The notes under the pieces are model-generated. The model was given only the letters and a program-made list of their open reading frames with translations, searched no databases and had not been told where the DNA came from. 64,000 bases of DNA from Marsupella aquatica (Eukaryota; Plantae; Marchantiophyta): positions 10,466,184 to 10,530,183 of the forward strand of contig OZ316895.1 in NCBI GenBank assembly GCA_973895155.1, given 5' to 3'. Position numbers and translations under genes: made by a program. This document shows, piece by piece, positions 1 to 12,038 of this stretch (position 1 is its first letter; each line of letters starts with the position of its first letter).

Positions 1-318
1 TTGAGCTAATGGGCTACACTTCGTGAGAGTTTAGGACGTTTAAGATGGCCTGTCTGTTACCTTGTTGATGCTTGGTCTTTCTTGTTCTCTGTGTTTGTGT
101 TTTGTTCCGTAGAGGTTGCTTATGTCCGGTCAGCTTGAGTACTTTTCTTGCCGAGACAGCCAGTTGCCTACTTCAGTCTGTCTCATGTCTCTGATTGACT
201 CATGTTGTCCCCAACATTTCCATCTTGGATCAAGAGATAGAGGTATTTTCATGTCGAATGGGCGGATTTCAGTTATTCATTGAGCAAAAGTGACTGTTTT
301 TTTTTTAATTCATTGCAG

Positions 319-710
319 CTGAGGCGGATCACAAGCTGGCAGGAGTCCCCACGCCCCACCTGGTCTTGGTCGCCACACATTATGCATCTCATGCTCGCAA
401 CACCTCGTTTAAGATCTACAACGACGTGGTGGAGGTTGGGCGGGATCTGACCACGAACATGCGCTACATCACCGTCGGGCAAACGTGCCTCTCGATTGCG
501 GCCAGGTTGCAGGGGCTGAGAGGACACAGCAAAAGAAGTAAGGACAAGAAAATGCTGAGGAAGGTGGAGGAAGAACTGAAAGTACGGGAGGCTCATTTCC
601 ATGACCCGGATTGCCAGTTCCCTCTCATGGGAGGCGTGCAACACGCAGCCAAGGCATTCCTTTCGACGATCGATGGGCAGCAACTAGTTAATGATTTGCT
701 CCAGTCCTAA
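319..710 (+). CDS. Terminal coding exon of an unidentified gene whose upstream exons lie outside the window
   Basis: A T-rich tract and TTGCAG acceptor end at 318. An open frame (EADHKLAGVPTPHLVLVATHYASH...QLVNDLLQS*) runs to TAA at 710 and is more GC-rich than its flanks. Family not recognised. Confidence 0.6.
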
Positions 711-1357
711 CAACTCTCAAACATCAATATCATCAAATCCTGTGTCCGGAAGCTGAACTGGGGTGGCTATCCGAATGAAAACGTGCAGACCAATGACGCA
801 GATATTCTTCCTTCGATAAGGCACAGGATGGCTCCCAACTAAAAGTGTCCCGTCCAATAGTGTCTCGCAGGTACGTCGCGGTTTTTCTCGAGCATAAAAA
901 GTTAAATTGCTTGTAGCGTCCGACGTAGAAAATAGGTCCTCGTTCTGAAGCTGCAATTCAGTGCCAAATAGATGTATTGCGGACAAATCTGCCCGTTTCG
1001 CCACCTCCCAGTAAAAGCGCCGTAAGTGCTTCTTTTCAGGTCTTTCGATTACTCACAAAAGTTCTTGCTGGAAATCATCACCAGTTTCTTTAGTTTACGA
1101 GTGCCAATGTTTCTTTACAAGTTTGACATTTTGAGGCTGTTAAACAGCAGTGTATCGTAAATTACTCTCTGCATGAGACATTCTCATTAAAGGATTTTCT
1201 GGATGCGCCAAGCAAACCAAATTCGCAAATATATCTGGACCTCTCATTTCGGACTGAAAAAATTACGAGGAAAAATTCCAACGCTGCCTTTGGTTCTCGC
1301 TTTGAAAGTCCTGAAAATGCAGGCATGCTTCCCTGAAACAAGGTAAGATTGTGAAGC

Positions 1358-4300
1358 TCAATAATTTCCAATAACTGACGGTTCGGGACCTACACCTCCA
1401 GCATGTTTATAAACTAGCGCACGAACTCTCTGTGCCAAGGCATCTGCTGAGGCCTGATCAGCAGCTTCAGCGTAGACTCTTACTACATCCTCCGTACCAG
1501 ATGGCCGGACAAAGGACCGCCCATTCTTATGCTTAACTGCAAAACAGGGAAGATTGATCTATCAAGCATTACATGCGAATTCAAGAGAAAAAAACTATCA
1601 TCTTTATACTTGAGGGACTAGCAGAGAAAGGCAATACATGAAACAATACGTTGGATTACTAAGCATCCCCGCTCCCTGTCAAGGATCAGTGCCAAAATTA
1701 CAGCATTCTTAAATCAGTAGAGATAGCAGAAGGAGAGGACATACCAATCTCTGTATCAATTGCCTGTTGCAATGCGATAGGTGATGCCACCTTAGTTTCC
1801 GCAGCAGTGGTGGTAATAATCAACCGATCAGCCACACTCACCTGCCATAATCAGTGTTATACAGTGATCAACTCCTTATAAGGGGTTATATCATACTGTG
1901 ACAATTCTACCAGCTTGTATTGACACTTGAAAAATTGGAAGAGACTACCGTGCGATAATTTGAGCATTCACAATATACTACCTTTAGTTGTCTGCTTGGC
2001 ACATCCTCATAAATGGAATCCCATTCTTTGATCGACCATCCTTTGTAGCGCAGGACCAATTCAACCATCAGTATCCCACTCAATGCATCACCAACAGCCT
2101 GATTCACCATTTCACTGACCGCTAAAAGTCTCCGAACAGCCTTCAGCTTCTCACCTGAAATTGACAGAAAATTGACTGTCAAATCGAACGGGACTACAAC
2201 CCCTACAAGAGTACTTTTAGATGCAATTATTAGGAATCTAATCGAGTTCAAGAAACAGAAGCTGAAAGATCCATGATGCATTGAACATACCAAAAAAGAA
2301 CCACAAACAACAGCTTTCTTCTGACAAAAATTGACCAATGTCTCCTGTGCTAAAATAGCGATAGATTAAGATCCGTACCTTCGAGACTTCCAGCACCATC
2401 CTCTTTCTTTAACCAATTTACGAATCTCTCTTTCAGCAGAATTGTACCATGCCCGTTGGCCTCAAAATAGAGTCCAATGTCATAAGCTGCTGCCTTCTCG
2501 TGCAAATGCTTCACCCCAGTAGGAGTTAGTGCCACTTCAATGCCGAGTTTCTCCTTCAGGTAAGTAGTTGAGGCCCCATTAGCATATGCTGTTTGCCCAG
2601 CCCCGACTGCAATGGAACCATATCCAGGAACCACAGTCACAGATCGATCTACAATCTGGTTATCACCTGAATTTGGGATATCGGCTAGAACAAAAAGCTG
2701 TTCCTGGATAAAATTTGCAAAGAGAGCCATTATTTTGTCCCCATCCAAAAGGTGTAGACGAGATGTGCTTTCACTTGGTCTGCATCCATAGTAAAAATAC
2801 ACGAGCCTGTCTGCATCGCCATCAACACTCACACATCTGCACCCCAGATCAAAGTTGTCAGAAGATGCTACTATTTCAAACTCCTAGAATGTTATTCCTG
2901 GTGGATAATCTCAAGTATGTACTAAGCAAAGATAATTCGACAAACAGTCATGCCTTAAAGAGTTCATTACGAGTACCTTCTTTCCGCATCCTTGATTTTG
3001 TCAAAACTTTGGGGCACGACCTTTTCTTTTTGAACGTAATCAGCTCCAACACAGAAATTTAGCATTCCCTTGCCGTCTTGCCCTGTGTTTCTGATTTCCA
3101 TCTTGAGGGTTTCCAGCTTATTTTGTAATTGAAATAATTTACTAGCTCCAACACCATTAGCTCCGTCCACGACAACAACTGGATCAATCTCCAACGCTAC
3201 CGAAGACCTTAGGTCTAACAGAGATCTGCAGAATTTTGATTGTCAGAGAAAATGAGATGTTGAGCTCAGCTGCAATTCATCGCCATTTCCGTATCAATCT
3301 CCTAATCAGTAAACTCTATGATTGAGGTTTGTACTTCAGAGTAATCGTACACCATCTAAAAACTGTCCATCTAATTGATCCTGGAATGACTGGAAGGGAG
3401 GGAAATCGTCCGTGTTCTGCAAATATACAAGCCCAGGTTACCTTCAAGGTAGATCACCTGAACGCAAATGATAGAGTATCATAGTACTGGGATTCTGTAT
3501 CCACCTGGCCCTTATTGTAGGCACGAACCATCCAGTGCAGCTGGGGAGTTGTAAGGATTCCCTTTTCTTCCGCAATTACTCCGAGCACAGCTTCTACGCC
3601 CTTGCAAACAGAAAACAAGCCCGCGCTAAAACACATGGCACCAATGTCCTAATACAGGACTAGAACAAATAAAATTGAAACCTTTCCAAACAATAGTTTT
3701 GAATATCGCACGGTCTCAGTTTATTCCGTTCTTCATTCGCTTCTATGACAAGGAGTTGCACCTTTTTGGCAGCAGCAAGCAATTCAACCCCTGAGGGCCT
3801 TGTGTCCCTTGCCAATAACACTCTCCCAACGCTATCGCTTCGGAGTGGAATGGATTCCTTCTTCACGATGTCTCGGATCACCTAGAAAATGAAATCCTTC
3901 TTATGTCAACACAAACTCAAAACCAGCGGAATATGTAAACGAAGGTTGCCTAGTTGTCACAGGAATTGACCACACCAGACAACTCAAGATCAGGCGTAAT
4001 GCACCGATCCAGAAGTATTCCATTCAACTACCTAGGAAGGCAGAGATCGCGCCCAATATTTGTGGTTGACGACAAAGTGTTTTATAAGTCCACACCTTCT
4101 TCATCGATGAAAGTCTGAGTGCTATCCTTGGCCCTGAAGATAGCTTAATTATAGATAGAAATGGAAGTGTCTGTCAGAATTAAGCTGCAATAGATTTTTC
4201 TGTCCTTCAAGTCAAGTAGTGATTACCCGCAGGAAAGAGTTTGAATCACTGGTGTTGGCCAGCTCATTTGCATATTCTTCCCACTCCATGATTAGCATAC

Positions 4301-5543
4301 CACCACTCGGATCTGCCAATTTGATGCCGTTGTCGACTATCGGATTGTGTGAAGCTGTGATCATGAGCCCGGTGGCTTGCTTTGTACACAAGGACCGTAG
4401 TGCAGCCAAAACTCCAGTCCTAAACACAGTAGATTTCAAGAGGGATCCATCTGTTCGGAAGCCTGCTGTTCCGTATGAAAAGTTTACGCCTGGAGAACAT
4501 CAATAGAAATGGTTCAACTCCGAAAACTTGGACCCAATCTGGAGACAGCATTTCAGCTTTCAAGATGCCTTGATCGCTTGCGATATCCGTCCACATTATT
4601 TACATTTACGGGCACTTTAATAAACTTCATTTTTCTCAACGGAAACGCCTTTTGAGGAAAATTGACAACATTCATTTAGAATTGTCGAACGCAGTTAGGA
4701 AAAACACCGCAGTACTTCGTCCAAATCGAGCAGTGAGCTCCCCAGCTCACTTCTTTGACAATGCCGCCACATACTTCAAAGAAACCCGAAGCTACTCAAG
4801 CATGGTATTGGAAATCCTCGACCGGGCCCAGATAAGGACAATACATTCTTGGAAGTACCGGTTTTCTCAAACTTGTATAGATGCAGGCAGGCGATCCATG
4901 CTTCTGAGTTTAGGGAATCTGAGTTTAGGGATTCTCGCTTATGAATGAGATATTTCTCATCACAGGGTTTAGGGTTAGTGTTTAGGTGATTAGAGAAACA
5001 ACAACGTTGAACGAGTACATGATTTCTTTCCCTAGACACCGGCATCAGAAATCCCGCTTTTCAATTGACGAAATGATAATGTTCGCGTTTCAAATGTAGT
5101 AATCATGGTCTGCATTCCAAGTCCACTAAGTTTTCCCAACACAAACTGAACCGAGGAGTTGGAGTTGGAGTTGGAATTGCTAACACAGGGATACGAGTTT
5201 CTTTGAAATCGAAAAGCTCACTCACATACATACCTGTGGGTGCAGGAAACATGTTGAAAGCATCACGCAGCTCTGTAAAATCTGCCGGATCCATTGAAGG
5301 CAACTCCACCGGTGATGTCGGCTCCACTGATACCGGAGGAAGAGTGGCAGAGCAAGAAATGGGTGAATAAGAAAATGTTGTACTCGGTCGGCCGGGTCGT
5401 TGTCTCCACTGCAAAGTCTGGGCTAATGCTGGACTTTGACTCAGAGATCTGCAGATTGAAAGGAATGGGAATAATGATTTTTGAGGAAAGGCAATCGGAG
5501 GAGCCAGCAAAGCACCACAATACCGAGTCCTGAAGCTCAGCAT
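1358..5543 (-). CDS. DRT101: Phosphoacetylglucosamine mutase (AGM/PGM3, DRT101-like), multi-exon, with an N-terminal extension
   Basis: Spliced exons encode FSYGTAGFR, the catalytic [30 protein letters not shown], the metal loop [36 protein letters not shown] and the C-terminal [19 protein letters not shown]. Stop TGA at 1358-1360. In-frame ATGs at 5543 and 5294. Confidence 0.95.
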
Positions 5544-6597
5544 TACCTCTCTCGGGCTAGATTGGAGAATTCCTGTTCTATTTGGTCTCTGAGCTGCGGA
5601 TTCCCAAATTTGATTTCTTTGAAATCACCTGAAGTATTCTGGAAATCCAGTGACTTTCTCTTAAAGGTGATTTCAGCCCTGAGGAAATTGTGGACACCGT
5701 TTCCACGTTACTGAGATTCACTGCATTAGACCTGTCTTTAAATTCTGAGTGGTGCCCATTTGGGAATTGCTTTTGAAGAAAGTTGAAAAAGGTTTTAGTA
5801 TCGATTCATTGGAAAACAACTACTGTAGTGTAAAAGTTTTCATTTCAGGAAAAAAAGCTTTTGATGCTCGATTCTTTTCCCTTCATGTAATTATAAATAG
5901 AAAAGAGGCACTAGTCATGTCAGTTTTTTATTTTGAAATTTTTTGTTCGAGCATGGAAAACTTCATGACCTTTGGATTGGCACTTTGTTTTGTCAAACAG
6001 GGTGTTGCAAGCCATTCTGTAACTGGTTATGGGACCTAGTTAATGATTTTTGCAATTGGGGGAGGCAGCATTGACCTGCCCCATAAGGTAGGCGTTATGG
6101 TCTCACCTCAACCTCAGAGAATGTATCCCCTTTTTCCTTCTTTCTCTATCAGCCACCACCTTGAATATTGCAGCCATTGCCACATTGGGCTCAAACCCTG
6201 TGTGCATTCAATAGCAGCTTTTCAGGATTCGCAGATTAGCCTAAATTTACAGGAAAATCGTTAAACTAATTGGTTAGGTGGTGACCTGTGAGCTTTACTG
6301 ACGGGAGCCAAAGATTAACTCCCACAACCTTTTTCATGGGAGTTCTCATAGCTCTTGAGCTACAATAAGATGTTATCCTGGTTTGTCCAGTTTTGAGACA
6401 CCCTAATGATATACTTTGCCACTCCTTTTAATTTCATTACTACATTGCCACCTTTTTAACCGTTGATTCGGCAAAAAAACTGGTTGGTTAGTTGGGTTAA
6501 TGGTCAATATCTTACAAGTTTTTCATCATCAGACAGCTATCACCATCCCTGAGTGAACCTCAACACCCTCTATCAGCCTTGACTAGGGGGTGGGGGA

Positions 6598-6931
6598 TGT
6601 TGAACTAAGACGTCATTCGCAACGACCATACAACCATGATTCATTCCATGCTCACGTAGTCGACACAATCTCTACGTGGTTCACCTTTTCTCCAAGGCTA
6701 CGTCCACACGAACACTCAAGCTTTACTTCAAGAGTAGACAAACACACATGCTCTCCCTCTTCCTCAAGTTGCTCCGTTACAATGAGTAAGCACACCACAC
6801 ACCAGCGGCTTACACTAGCCTTGGTATATACAAGGTCACACACAACTAACCTAACCTCAGCTAAGACCCTAACTGTGGTTAGCCTAAGTGCCGTAACCTT
6901 TGAGTCACAAGACTAAGAGCAATCCTTAACA
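6598..6931 (-). mobile_element. Solo LTR of the same Copia family as 7448-11399
   Basis: 334 bp, TGTTGAAC...CCTTAACA, closely similar to the LTRs at 7448 and 11067. Flanked by GGGGA/AGGGA (5-bp TSD, one mismatch). No adjacent PBS or PPT. Confidence 0.9.
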
Positions 6932-7447
6932 AGGGAGTGGGCCACCCAACAAGAGGAGTTTGAGTAAGAGCAAACTAACAGACCTAATCCAAGCTTCAAA
7001 GTTGGAAAAGGTGTTGCAGTTAGGGTAGAGGACATGGAGAACCATCCAATGGCCACACCTGGGATGTTCACCATCGAATTGATTCAAACTAACAATAGTT
7101 AGTTTGCTTAAACATTATTGCAAAAAGATGACAATGTAATAGTTAAACTAAAAAAATTGGAAAGGTTTATATTTAGTTAAACAAGGGTGACAATGTAGTG
7201 AATCTCAGTTCCATGTAAACCCAAGGCCCGGTAACATAATCAGAGCAAGACTTCAGCAGGTGAGAGCCAGTGTGACATCATAAGTGGGTATCAAAGCAGG
7301 CCCGGGCTATCTTATTATAAAAGCGCCAACTGAGGTCTACTTTTAAGAGCCTAGGTCTAGAGTGAAACCTCTAGACCGTAACTCTATGGCCATCATGTGC
7401 ATGGGAGAAACTTATGACATGACTATGATGTATGTACATACCAGTTT

Positions 7448-10400
7448 TGTTGAACTAAGACGTCATTCGCAATGACCATACAACCATGACTCATTCCATG
7501 CACACGTAGTCGACACAATCTTTACGTGGTTCACCTCTTCTCCAAGGCTACGTCCACACGAACACTCAAGTTTTACTTCAAGAGTAGATGAACACACATT
7601 CACTCCCTCTTCCTCAAGTTGCTCCGTTACAAATGAGTAAGCACACCACACCAGCGGCTTACACTAGCCCTGGTATATACAAGGTCACACACGACTAACC
7701 TAACCTCAGCTAAGACCCTAACTGTGGTTAGCCTAAGTGCCGTAACCTTTGAGTCACAAGACTAAGAGCAATCATTAACAAACTCCCCCTTGACTCTAGT
7801 CTTGGGGACTGCAATTTCTGCTATCCATATGAGATACTCAGCGGGAAATTCTAGACAATCACCTAAAACCATAGGTGTCCCCCTAAAAACCATTTAAGGT
7901 TAACTAAGGGTAACTAGAATTAAGCCGTAGCCATAACGGGATTGAGTAACCCATATACATAAATTATATATTCTTAAGTTACTCTACTTGTGCTGCAAAT
8001 GCAAAACTTGCAAAGTAGCACGGTGTTTTGAGTAACTCTCCAAAGGAATCACTTTGGTAAAAGCATCAACTGGGTTGAGCTTTCCATCAATCTTGACTAG
8101 CTCAAACATTTTATCAGACACTGCTTGCCTAATAAAATGGTACCTGATGTCAATGTGTTTCACCCTCCAAAATCAAACATCCAAATTTTCACGGATCCAA
8201 TTCCAACAATTTGACAAGGATGATCATTCCCCATCAACACGGAACCGGTTGATACTGAGTAAGAACTAAAAAACTCTTTCATACAACAAATATGATAGGT
8301 ATAGGCACAATCTAAATCCATTCATCACCGTTGTTACTGGATGAAATGCAAAGGGTAACATCTTGACTTCACAAGATTTCATCATCAAGCAAGTCATTCA
8401 TCAACATCAGTGGCTGCGTTCGTTGATGGTTGATGAGTCTGTTTGACTCGACAGTCTCTTTTCATGTGGCCGGGCTTGTTATATTTCCAGCATATAATTG
8501 GTTTCCTTTCTAGAGATTTCTCTCTAGACCTGGATCTAAACTTAGACCGAGCCTTCTCCTTGCCTCTATTCCATGAGGGGTATGATTGTGAAAAGGACTT
8601 GTTTTCACTAGTCATCCGCTGTTGAGTCCTCCCGCGGTTCACATTCAACACACTGCCAGATGAAGATGGTGTCTGGGTATGACCCAGTTTCTTCTGTGCA
8701 TCATCTGACAGCAAAGAGCTTACCACCTCATCATATGAAATGGTTTTGAGGTCTCTATACAAAAGAACCTGCTTCAAACCTTGATACGATGGGGGTAAGG
8801 AGCTGAGAAGAAGCAATGCCTTATCTTCATCTTCCACTCCCTTGCCAAGATTTGACAAATCTACAGCTAGGCTATCGAATTTATCCAAGTGATCTTGAAG
8901 CTTGCCTCCTTCTTTTAGCCTCAAGCTCATCAAGAGAGATTTCTTGTACAATCGATCTAAGGCATCCTTCCGGTAGTACTTCTCTCTGAGGCCTTGAATA
9001 AGGATACGGAATCCTTGTAATCGTCCAGCTTCTTAATGATATGTGGCTTCAAATACAACATAACCGCATTCACGGTGATCACTTGCTCCTGCCTCTATTT
9101 CCTCAACGGGATCTCCTCCTCACTACTAGACTCCTCCCGAGTCGATAGCAGATGATCTAGGCCCATAGCACGAAGAATTCCCTTAACCTGCTTCTCCCAT
9201 AACAAATAATCCGTGCGCCCATCATACTTTTCCATCTCAAACTTGACACCTCCAAACTTGGATGCCATTGTTGCCCTCCCAATGTTCTCCACATGCTATT
9301 GTTGTGTTGCTCCCTATATGCTTTTGTTGCTTTTTTCCTTCCTTCCTTCTCGTTGACTCAAATCCAAATCACGAAAAAATATCATTTTTCGCAAATTTCC
9401 AAAAAACTTGAAACTTGTCACCGCCACATAGCCCACCAGCCTAGCAAGCCAACGCTGAAATCCAAAATTGAAACCGAGTTCCAACGAAAAAAAATTTCAA
9501 GTTTTGGTCGGGGTGGGTAAAATTCAAAAATTCTCCCTCATTTTGACCACACCGGGGAATAACGAAAATGCCAAGTAGCACCTGTTGTCCAAAATGCAAA
9601 TCGATTGGTGCACCACGTTGCTAACTTCAATGGCTATGTCCTCGCAGAAAAAGATCCAAAAAAAGTTACCGTTTGGACCTCAGAAGCTTCGACTAAAGGC
9701 CAAAAAACAGCTCTCTGTTTTGTTTGGAATATTCCCTGGACTGTGCGGCAGGTCTCACAAGGGGCCGTTCCCCCTGTCGGAGCGATTAAATTGCTGGGTC
9801 ACCGGGGCCAAGATGCCACTTATCCAATAAGAAAAAAGAAGGAGAATTTTTTTTTTCTTAAAGGGGTCTAAAGGGCCCTTTACAGAAAAGACAGGAGTAT
9901 GAGGGAGGGAGTATACAGGGCCTATACAGGGCGTATAGAAGGCTGGCATATAGGGGTATACCTGGGGGCTCCTCCTCCAATGTAACTGGGACTCGTGCCC
10001 TGGCTGGAGGACTCCCCCTTTAACTCCCCTCTTAATGGTGCATAGGGCTGCGTGCCCTCTCCCTTGCTTGTATTATGGGGGTAATAAAAAAGATTCTAAT
10101 CCCAAGAGAAGGGAGTCGCTCCCTCTCCCTGGCAAGGGGCACGATGCCCTATGCAATGGGCACAATGCCCCATGGGGAGGGGTATACACAAGTGCCCTAA
10201 AACCCCCTTAAAAAAACTTTGACCCCCCCCCAAAAAAGGGTTCCTATAGGGGGAGAAAGGGGGGCAGGAATACAGGGCAATATATAGGGCAGGGATAAGT
10301 GCCCAAGAACCCACTTAAAAGCAAAAAATGTGACCCCCAAAAAAAGTTTTCTCTTTTCTACACACCTTGCCACTTGATCCAGAAAAGTGCCACCGACAGG

Positions 10401-11399
10401 AAATATTGTTTTCGGATTTTGCCTCTTTCTCATCAGCAGGTCCAGCAGCGCAAAATCTCCATTGTGTCTCCCTCGCTGTGCGTCAAGTGCCAATCCCGGA
10501 CTCAAAACGATCACCTCGCCGTGATCTCTCTGTTAAGCCATAGCACTTCGCGATTCTTCCCCTGAGCCGAGCATGACGTCGAGAAACCCGCTTCAGCCAA
10601 GGGCTATGTCTCCATAGCCATGGAAAAACCAGAAATGACTCTGTCACTCGTTGCGTCGCACTCGGTTCACCCTCGACAACAAACCAGATACGGAAATGAC
10701 CAGCTTTGCCCGATCTACGATTTGAGCTATAGTATGCGACGTCTCACGCACCGCAAAGCTCACACCATCGAAAAAACAATCTCAGGTCCCTCCTCCATCG
10801 AAGAAACTGTCGAACACAAATCTCTTTTCACAAAAAATTCCAGAACGATGAGAACTTCGATTCCTCCACACCACAAAGTCCAATCAGTGATTTCTTCATA
10901 CCGTTAGATAGTCCTTGCCCCGATCTATCCATTGAGCCCAACACCTTCAAGTTCCATGCGACGAAACTCCATGAAATCCACCGACTCTAACCGCTGGAAA
11001 AACCGTCACCAACACGTCATGGATCGTCACCTCAACGTCACCTCCCAGGCTTGCTCTGATACCAATTGTTGAACTAAGACGTCATTCGCAACGACCATAC
11101 AACCATGACTCATTCCATGCACACGTAGTTGACACAATCTCTACGTGGTTCACCTCTTCTCCAAGGTTACGTCCACAAAAACACTCAAGTTTTACTTCAA
11201 GAGTAGATGAACACACATTCTCTCCCTCTTCCTCAAGTTGCTCTGTTACAAATGAGTAAGCACACCACACCAGCGGCTTACACTAGCCCTGGTATATACA
11301 AGGTCACACACGACTAACCTAACCTCAGCTAAGACTCTAACTGTGGTTAGCCTAAGTGCCGTAACCTTTGAGTCACAAGACTAAGAACAATCCTTAACA
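7448..11399 (-). mobile_element. Non-autonomous Ty1/Copia LTR retrotransposon (gag, protease remnant and RNaseH tail; integrase and RT deleted)
   Basis: 333-bp LTRs at 7448-7780 and 11067-11399 with a perfect AGTTT TSD. tRNA-iMet PBS TGGTATCAGAGC on the minus strand at 11053-11064. PPT AGGGGGAGTT at 7781-7790. Gag and RNaseH-end motifs (KHIDIRYHFIR...NPVDAFTK). Confidence 0.95.
8394..9268 (-). pseudogene. Disrupted Copia gag
   Basis: Shows EKYDGRTDYLLW, DEDKALLLLSSLPPSY and a degenerate zinc knuckle (CWKYNKPGHMKRDC). Split by a stop/frameshift near 9095-8950. Confidence 0.9.
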
Positions 11400-11739
11400 A
11401 GTTTTTGGTGATAATTTCTATAGGCACTATGGCCCCACCACAACATAGGTGCATAGAAGATGGATGTGTATTAAAAAAAAAGTCATGTGCATAAAGGCGA
11501 ATGGTATGTTATATATGATTATTAAAATGATAATTTTTTTTATCATTTCATTAACCTTCAAAAAATATGAATAGAGAATATATTTTGATAATTCTTTTAT
11601 TGTCCTCTACGCTATTTACGTTCAAAGAACGGGTAGTCGGGGCTAGTCCTTACAATCATCCACATGAGATTTGAAAGTGTTGCAGGCTTAAAAAATGGTT
11701 GGATGTACCGTCAGTGAAGCATAATGAGTGTGTCACAGC

Positions 11740-12038
11740 TTTGGCCTCCAGCTGTGGCCAGAGTATTCCTGACTTGCCCTGCCTGAGTAACGGTACTTCA
11801 AGGAGTTACATCTCTCTTCATCCTCCCCTTTGGCCTCCAGCTGTGACCAGAGTATTCCTGACTTGCCCTGCCTGAGTAACGGTACTTCAAAGAGTTACAT
11901 CTCTCTTCGTCCTCCCCCTTGAGCATCATCCATCCATGAGGCCGGGCAACTACTGGTAACGGTACTTCAAAGAGTTACATCTCTCTTCATCCTCCCCCTT
12001 GAGCATCATCCATCCATGAGGCCGGCCAACTACTGGTG
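11740..12038. repeat. Nested tandem duplications (about 90 bp x2 overlapping about 80 bp x2)
   Basis: TTGGCCTCCAGCTGTG...CCTGAGTAACGGTACTTCAA...CTCCCC occurs twice. GTAACGGTACTTCAAAGAG...GAGGCCGG.CAACTACTG also occurs twice, so the shared core is present three times. Confidence 0.9.

Noticed and set aside
6590-11270. Repeated small ORFs (MWCAYSFVTEQLEEEG...)
   Set aside because: They are incidental frames within the three LTR copies.
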